Below, one piece after another: positions 56,362 to 64,000 of a stretch of 64,000 nt of DNA (positions are counted from its first letter, which is position 1; each line of letters begins with the position of its first letter). The notes beneath the pieces are model-generated. The model searched no databases and was not told the DNA's origin. It saw only the letters and a list, made by a program, of their open reading frames with translations. The translations under genes were made by a program, and so were the position numbers. The DNA comes from Octopus vulgaris (taxonomy: Eukaryota): assembly GCA_951406725.2 (NCBI GenBank), contig OX597818.1:13330001-13394000 (forward strand), in the 5' to 3' direction.

Positions 56362-56829
56362 TAATTCTGTTTTTTAAATAAATTTTCATCTGTCCTGCCC
56401 CCAAATTTGGTTCTGGTGTTCGCTGAATTTTTCCTTTAGAGAACTTTCTTTGTAGTTTGATCGTTGATGATCTATTTCTAGCATACGGCCGACTACCTAG
56501 CAGTCTTGCCCTGCCAATGTACACATATATTAGAATTTTCTCTGATTTCTCAGATTTTTTGTATGCTAGACTACTGTTTTTAATTTGATATTAAAATTAA
56601 TATTAATTTATCTCCCTCATTATCTAAATATTGAAATAAATACGTTCTCTAGTAGCAAGCACTAACCGCAGTGAATTATTTACTGCAGTTCTTCGCTTCA
56701 GGAATTTTTTAGCACGCCGGAACTAAGAGATTTGAAATTTTATCCCTAACGTAATCGGTAAAACTAAGCACGTGTCTGTCTTGGCACAGAAAGCTGGGGT
56801 TAGTTTTTCAGGTTGCATTTACACTGAAC

Positions 56830-56908
56830 AATTGTACTGATGAGGCTACGGACATTTGAATTATGTAAGTAATTCTTTTGTTAAAGGCCGAAAAGGAGGT
56901 ATACAATT
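56830..56908 (+). ncRNA. Hammerhead copy 2 with mutated stem III
   Basis: AAUUGUA CUGAUGA GGCU...GGCC GAAA ag ga GG UA UACAAUU. Confidence 0.7.
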
Positions 56909-57168
56909 AATTGTTTTTTATATAAATTTTCATCTGTCCTGCCCGCCAAATTTGGTTCTGGTGTTCGCTGAATTTTTCCTTTAGAGAACTTTCTTTGTAG
57001 TTTGATCGTTGATGATCTATTTCTAGCATACGGCCGACTACATAGCAGTCTTGCCCTGCCAATATACACATATATTAGAATTTTCTCTGATTTCTCAGAT
57101 TTTTTGTATGATATACTACTGGTTTTAAATTGATATTAAAATTAACATTAATTTATCTCCCTCATTAT

Positions 57169-57206
<38 letters not shown>

Positions 57207-57211
<5 letters not shown>

Positions 57212-57560
57212 TAGGGAATGTAATAGTTCCAAGCTAACAGGGAAATAAATTTCAATTTAGCACAACTAAATCAAAATTCACAATATTATATATGCATGTA
57301 TATATATATATATATATATATATACAATTTTAAGATGAACAGCTATTACTTATTCTATCAATAGTGAAAGGATATTATCTATAATAACCACTTAGAAATT
57401 AATCAAATATCTTATAATTATTATTGTAAAAACTTATAACAATCAAACATTAAATTAACTACGCGCGTTTCATGACTAAACATATAAATCAATAATATTA
57501 AAATTAGAATTTAATATCAATTTAAATTTTAAATATTTAGCCACACTTCAGGTAAACAAA
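57207..57560 (-). mobile_element. Solo pLTR-like fragment related to the 28120-30567 PLE, with a hammerhead at 57455-57556
   Basis: 57209-57285 matches the reverse complement of 30497-30565; CUGAAGU GUGGCUAAAUA...UGUUUAGUCAU GAAAC GCGC GUA. Confidence 0.75.
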
Positions 57561-57735
57561 TAATATAAATAAATTTAGATATTACAATAAAAGAATAAAT
57601 ATATAAATATATTCATATTAACAGTAAATAATTCAATAAAATGTAACAATATTAATATAAAGCAAAAAACATGACTTGTCTTATTGATGAAAACCAGTTA
57701 AAAGGAATTTTAAACTTTAAACTTAAAGCTAGATC

Positions 57736-57798
<63 letters not shown>

Positions 57799-58050
57799 TC
57801 AGCACTTCTAATTGATAAGCATTTATAGACCACGCTTCTGCTCTTCAGAGATATAAAATTTGAATTCTGTATAACATATCGAATGGTAGTTGTTTTTTAA
57901 ATTTCAAGTAAAACTATAAAAAGGTGTTTGTTTGAAAGATAAATTAAAAATTAAAAATTATTGCTTTTGATGATTGTCTTTAAATCCATATATACTTTCT
58001 TGGTCATTCTTCTTTAATAATCCATTAATATTCATATGCAAAATCCGTTA

Positions 58051-58118
58051 TATTATCTTGTATTCCAAATATAGTTCATATATGTATTATCTTGTATTCC
58101 ATATATAGTTCATATATG
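58051..58118 (+). repeat. 34-bp tandem duplication at the LINE 5' junction
   Basis: TATTATCTTGTATTCCA(A/T)ATATAGTTCATATATG occurs twice. Confidence 0.9.
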
Positions 58119-58123
58119 TAAAT

Positions 58124-59072
58124 GTGAGCCTGCAATGTGAGCTGGACAAAATATACAAGTGGGCTGAAAAGGATAGCATGCAGTTCAATTCTGAAAAGTT
58201 TCAAGCTTTATACTATCAGCATGCAAAACTAAATGCAATACCCAATGAATACACTGGACCCGGCGGAATTGCAATCCTAGAGGCACAATCAGTGCGTGAG
58301 CTGGGTATTTACATGAGTGATGACGCAACCTTTCGTGTACATGTTGCTAAATTGGCAATGAAATGTAGACGACTGGCCGGATGGATTCTCAGAACCTTTA
58401 GAACAAGAAAACAAGAAACCATGATGGTCCTCTGGAGGACACTTGTCCTAAGCCACTTTGACTATTGCTCTCAGCTATGGTCACCACCCAGTGTCAAGTT
58501 GATCACAGAACTTGAGGCGACCCAACGTAGCTACACGAAGAAGATAGCCTCTGTGCAGAATATAAGCTACTGGGAAAGACTCAAGAGATTAAAACTCTAT
58601 TCCTTGGAGCGTAGGCGAGAAAGATATGCCATAATATACATCTGGAAGATCCTGGAAGGACTTGTCCCAAACTTTGGCATCGAGAGTTACACAAATGCCA
58701 GAACTGGGCGCCACTGCGTGGTGCCTAGGACTCCAAATTTGCCATCAAGATGTAGGACAAGATACTGTGATAGCTTGGGCTTCCGAGGCCCACAGCTCTT
58801 CAATATCCCCCCGAAGAACCTAAGAGACCTGCATGGGGTGGATGCAGATGTCTTTAAAATGAAACTGGATCTTTTCTTGTCAGGTATCCCAGATGAACCA
58901 ACTTCACGGCAGGAGGTGCAGATGAGGGCAGCTGCATCGAACTCTCTCATGCACCAAATGGCAGTTGCTAAAAAGCATTCGTGAAGTAAAACCATGTAGC
59001 AACACCAAATGGCGGTGCCCCAACATGGCCACAGCTCGTGAGCTGAAACTAGAATCAATCAATCAATCAATC
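58124..59072 (+). mobile_element. CR1/L2-group LINE, 5'-truncated, with uninterrupted ORF2 C-terminus (58124-58984) and (AATC)n tail
   Basis: LQCELDKIYKWA..MQFNSEK, DYCSQLWSP, YWERLKRLKLYSLERRRERY; AATC repeats at 59052-59072. Confidence 0.92.
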
Positions 59073-59734
59073 ATATACTTTACTATGAGAATCTTATCAA
59101 TATATGATTTCATTATAGAGACAAATCTTCTGCGAAATGATCGTAAGATGCTTTAAATAATTTATTCAAAACTTTTAAACTGTCATATACATTATATATT
59201 TATACTTATACATATTTACATATGGAGTTATATATATATTTATATTTATTTATTCATATATTTTAATACAACAATCATTTTTCACACGTGTATATCTTTC
59301 TGAGGAGTTTTTATATTGATTTCCTAATATTTATATATGCATCAATGTATCTATGTTTCTATGTATGTATGTAGTTCTATTTGCAGTGCTAAATGTGTCA
59401 ATCGATGCTGTCGTATATCTAATTTTGAAGCTGACATACTTTTTTGCTTGAAATTTTGTATTTTATACTTTATTTGCTCTTATCAAAGAAATTGATTTAG
59501 GCGTTTCATTTTATTACTGATATAAATTTATACATTTTCCAACGGTTCATAAGGGAACGTTCTCAGCAATATCTGAGCAGACACAATATAAATTTCCAAA
59601 GTGAATTCCAGAAAATTAGTGAATTCTCTGTTGATCTATGTCCCTGAGATGGTGATGTATGTGCTAGAGAAAATATAGCTAATCCCTATTATTTTCAATT
59701 TATAACATGCATATGAATAGTAATAACAACGCAA

Positions 59735-59790
<56 letters not shown>

Positions 59791-60029
59791 AACTCTTGTT
59801 CCATTCATATTTTTTATATTTTAGGAACTTTTGGGTTGCTATCACATATTTCATAATTTTAAAATTCTGTACCAGTGGCTTTCAACTTTGGTGATACCGA
59901 TTTAGTTTTCTATGCTAATTATAGAAATGAAAATCCTGTTTGTAATAAATCAATGAATATAAGTTGATAGCTTTTAAAAATTGCACATTTTGCGTATTTT
60001 AGCCACTCAGAAGACACCTATATACACAT

Positions 60030-60196
60030 GACCCTAATGGCTTCAAATTTTGGCACAACGTCAGCACATTTTTGAGGCGAGTGTAAGTCCATTAAACCTG
60101 ATGAAAGGCAAAATCGACCTTATCAGACCTAAGGACGGACGAAATGCCGCTAAGCATTTTCCCCACGTGTTAACGATACTGCCAGCTCAACACCTT
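60030..60196 (-). mobile_element. Degenerate Meta-core SINE
   Basis: GATGAAAGGCAAAATCGACC, GCCGCTAAGCATTT and CTGCCAGCTC blocks. Confidence 0.7.
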
Positions 60197-61373
60197 AAAC
60201 TAAATCCCATATTAGTCACTCGGAAATGGGACGTTATTTAATCGTGGAACACATTAAACTTCATTGAATGTGTTGGAAAGAATAAAATAGGAATACATTG
60301 AAATGTACTTGCTTACAGAAAACTTACCTTGCAATAAATGAATGCCAGGTATAGATCATAGAAAAATCAACATGCAACGAAGTTTTCCTTCAAACACTTT
60401 TCAGTATTTGGTGTGGAAGAAATATATTGGATGAGTGACGTATGAAAGTATTATCTAGTAGATCTCACTCCTCAGGAGTCATTGAATATTCACTAGAGAG
60501 TGATGGTAGTAATGTATTTTTTACGACACTTTCATTTATGTTTATATTGCATTTGACATTTTGGAAGTGGGAAAAATTCTTATTTTATGTACTGAAGAAC
60601 AGATCTTCAGAAAACATTTAACCTTACTTGGCCTCGTGAACTTGAAACAGAAAACTAAAAAAGAAAAAAGGAGAAAGGAACGGATAACTCTGGCGAAATT
60701 GGATTTTAAATACAAAGTAAATGATCGTGTATTCAGTTGTTGAATAGTTACGAACGTATCGCTTTAAATGGATTGACAGTTGTCTTATAAAATTAATGTG
60801 CACATGTGTAGGCATATGTATATCAATTTTGATAAGTATGCTGAGATAACCTATACGTCTTCCATACATTCAATATTGCCATCTGCGTTAAAATAACATA
60901 TTCTTTCCTACTTTACGCTTCCATACTAGTTTAATGTTTGTAGAACATTTGAATCAGTAGCTTGCCTTGAAGCGTAGCATTGTTCTACATATTGGAAATG
61001 TTTATCACCCATTATTGAATGTGAATACGTAACGCATTCCACTTAACACGCATTTGATGAAAGATCTGGTCTCAACAACTAAATGGAAATAGATCGTATA
61101 TTGATCGTTTACACCTTTAGGTGAGCATGAAGTTTCTTCGGAAATCTATAAATTTTTACATGCATTTTATCTGTATTCTTCAAATGTTCGACTTATGAAA
61201 AGCGATACGAACCCCTCTAACGAAAGCTTAAAGGTAAATAGCAAATCAAATGATACTCATATACTGACTCCAATGTAAATGCTGGCATATTTTCTTTTAA
61301 AGTTTACATGATTGGAACAATTAGAAAGTGGTAAATTGCACAAATATAATTCCCATGGCATAGATCTCTTGCG

Positions 61374-61411
<38 letters not shown>

Positions 61412-61551
61412 ATGTATATATATATGTATATATATATGTATATATATATGTATATATATATATATATATATACATATATATATGTATATATATATATACA
61501 TATATATATACAAATATATACATACATATATATATATATACTCATATATAA

Positions 61552-61800
61552 TAATAAATATTAGGGAATAAATCCAAATTTACAGGGAAAAATCAGATTT
61601 ATGATTGAATCCAATTTTATAGTAAAATATAATATAATATTAATTAGAGGCAAAACCACTATTATGCAAATCAAACAAAGAAAGACTTAATCCAATACAT
61701 AACATTTTTTATATAAATTAAATATAATTAAGATTAATTAAGATATCCACTACGATCGTTTCTTGTCACTTCAATGGACATTCATCAGGTGGTTTTCAAG
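61552..61800 (-). mobile_element. pLTR-like element end abutting (TA)n
   Basis: TTAGGGAATAAATCCAAATTTACAGGGAAAAA is similar to 57210-57250 and to the PLE terminus at 30530-30565. Confidence 0.7.
61747..61792 (-). ncRNA. Type I hammerhead ribozyme
   Basis: CCAC CUGAUGA aUGUC cauugaagu GACAa GAAAC GAUC GUA^GUGG. Confidence 0.82.
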
Positions 61801-62689
61801 ACCTAAAATATAATCAATATTTTTAAGATATAAATTTGAAATTACGAATATATATAAAATATAAAATTATCAATGAAAATATATATAATAATCAAGAACT
61901 ATAATAACCTCTATAAACGATTGTATATAATGAAACCTAGTATTTAAATTCTCATATTTAAAGATGAAATAGCTAATTTCAAAAAAAAAAAAAAAAAATT
62001 AAAAATATATATACACACTTGCTCATGCACAAATATCCATGTATGTATATAAACATATCTAAATACATACATAAACTCCCACACACATATATATATATAT
62101 CTATACATACAAATAAACATATAGACAAAGATAAATTTATAATGTAGCCGTATACTTCTACACATTACTAATTCATACTCCCACTCCCACACATACAATC
62201 TCTCATTCATAAACAAATTCTCTCAGCATGATAATAACACAGAGGAAATATAACATTCAGTAGCCGCAGATACTCAACCACAAACTTATAGAAATATTTC
62301 ATTCTTAGTAACATATTAAATACTATATACTATATATATGTAATAACCATATATAAATACGTAAACAAACACACTCACATATATATTCTATATACTATAT
62401 GTATTTAATAAATGTAGGTTACGAGGATATAGGAATTTCGGCGGAAAACAATTGAGGGTTATTTTTGAGAAAGTTAAGATGAATGGAAGTTAAGGCGAGC
62501 GGATGTGGACGCCGGTGCTTTTCTGTAATTCCACATCACACCCCCTCCTAAAACAATTTCACCCAAATATTTTATATATTGTGGAATCTACATAATATAA
62601 CACATATTCGTACAAAATTTCATTAAAAATATCCATTTTGTGAAAGTTATGATCATCCAAAATTCTGAGGGATCAGAAATCTGTAGTAA

Positions 62690-64000
62690 TGCCATTAAGC
62701 AAGTAACGAAAGACTTTGATTGTTATTCTGTTCCTAGTGTAGTTCTTAATTCTTTTTTAAGTAGAAAACGACCTTTCCAGAGAAACAGTTGTTGTAGCAG
62801 GAACTGTCAAGATTAACTGCAACAACTTCACAGTTTCAGGCAACGTTTGGGTCAGTTTATTTTCAATATATAAAATCAAGCAAACTTTTAACGGATTTAT
62901 TTCGAAACATTTGTGCATTGTAAATTCCAGCTAAATCCGCTGTCAGTCGTATCATGTCGAAAACGTTTCCATAGATCTTTTGTAAACGTTTAAATACATA
63001 CTTATCAACTTTGCAAGCAAGGTCTTGACATTTGTTTTCATGAACTAATGAAATGAAGTTTAAGTTTTTGAAATCAGCAAATCCCGCTTCGGTGTTTTTT
63101 CAGTATGTCATCCAAAATTACGCTAAATATTCTTCTTCTTACTTCTTTAACTGAACCGTTTCTATCAGAGTTTGATTTAGTTATTTTCTTTTCAACATTC
63201 TTCGAACTTCACATACAAATCCCCGAAACATTTGTCTAAATTCTCAATTAAATTTATTGTTCTATTAATCCTCTCAATGCTGTGTGAAATGTCTTTCATT
63301 TTGGTTTGTAGGACATTAAAAAGACTGTCAGTATTAATGAAATCTTCATTACAAACCACCAGAAAAAGTCTGTCGAATTTTTTGTTAGCTACTCATAAAA
63401 GCCATTGCTTCTCACTAAAGTATCTGAATCCCACAACATAGAATTATTGTTCATACTGTTGAAAAGTTTGCAAATGACACCATGTTATTGTAAAATAATC
63501 CGGATTAGTTTTAAATTCGAACTTCATCTCGATGCTGCTGCTTTTGGAATGCTTTATCTTACTATCTCATCAAGAGGTTGCTTTCGATTTGTAGAGTGAT
63601 GAAAAAATGAAGCAAGTGTTTCACTGTTCTTGAAAAAGCTTGTACACTCTGGTATGAAGTTTGCTGATTGAGCTAGAGCAAGATTTAACTTATGAGCATA
63701 GCAGCGAGTAAATAAAGCTGCTGGTGCCTTTTCTCTTACTTTAACTTGGATGCCATTTAAATTGGATGCCATCACTATTGCCCATGGTACGTTTGTGCTA
63801 CAGGTTTTTCACAACAGTCGTATTTATCCAAAATATTAAATATGCAATTTGTTACACCTCCAACAGTTCTGTCCTTAAGAATGTCAAATGATATACAGAC
63901 TTCTTTGATATCAGAGTCCAACACGTACGTCAATACTGTAGAACACCGAGCTGGACATGAAATATCTGTCGTTTCATCCAATTCTATGGTAATGTACGAG
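62690..64000 (-). pseudogene. hAT (ZMYM1-like/Tip100-type) transposase pseudogene, running off the window edge
   Basis: DETTDIS, AQTY..., NGIQVKVRE..P.ALF.RCYAHKLNL, and dimerisation domain ILTVPATTTVS.ERSFS.LKRIKNY; frameshifts. Confidence 0.88.

Larger units (their letters stand above)
56135..57170 (+). repeat. Retrozyme-like tandem array: ~545-546-bp unit, about 1.8 copies, with a 5' inverted segment, inside (TA)n
   Basis: GAACTAAGA at 56175 and 56720; 56135-56177 is the reverse complement of 56476-56518. Confidence 0.92.

Noticed and set aside
56315-57069. Duplicated minus-strand ORFs MYIGRARLL...
   Set aside because: They come from the tandem unit, differ by a frameshift and lie antisense to the ribozyme; YIG here is not part of a GIY-YIG domain.
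60098-60120. CTGATGAAAGGC
   Set aside because: Part of the SINE core (GGATGAAAGGCAAAGTCGACC), not a ribozyme.
62417-62670. Possible hAT terminus or separate MITE
   Set aside because: No matching TIR is visible within the window.

Overview
AT-rich, microsatellite-dense eukaryotic DNA with no recognisable intact host gene. The tRNA-derived SINE families and the repeat landscape suggest an octopod cephalopod (inference). Nearly all listed ORFs are microsatellite translations. The real content is mobile DNA: RTE, R4/Dong-like and CR1-group LINE fragments, mariner and Tc1 elements with TIRs, a hAT pseudogene, many SINEs, and several decayed Penelope-like elements (PLEs). The main unexplained layer is about 20 intact, degenerate or half type I hammerhead ribozyme (HHR) motifs from at least 10 unrelated non-coding families. 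They occur in 454-bp and ~546-bp tandem arrays (retrozyme-like), in inverted-repeat cassettes and in a PLE 3' end, almost always abutting (TA)n. Most have a long stem II, and nearly every family has a different palindrome at stem III. One dispersed copy begins exactly at the predicted cleavage site. All structures were read by eye, with no folding or database searches.
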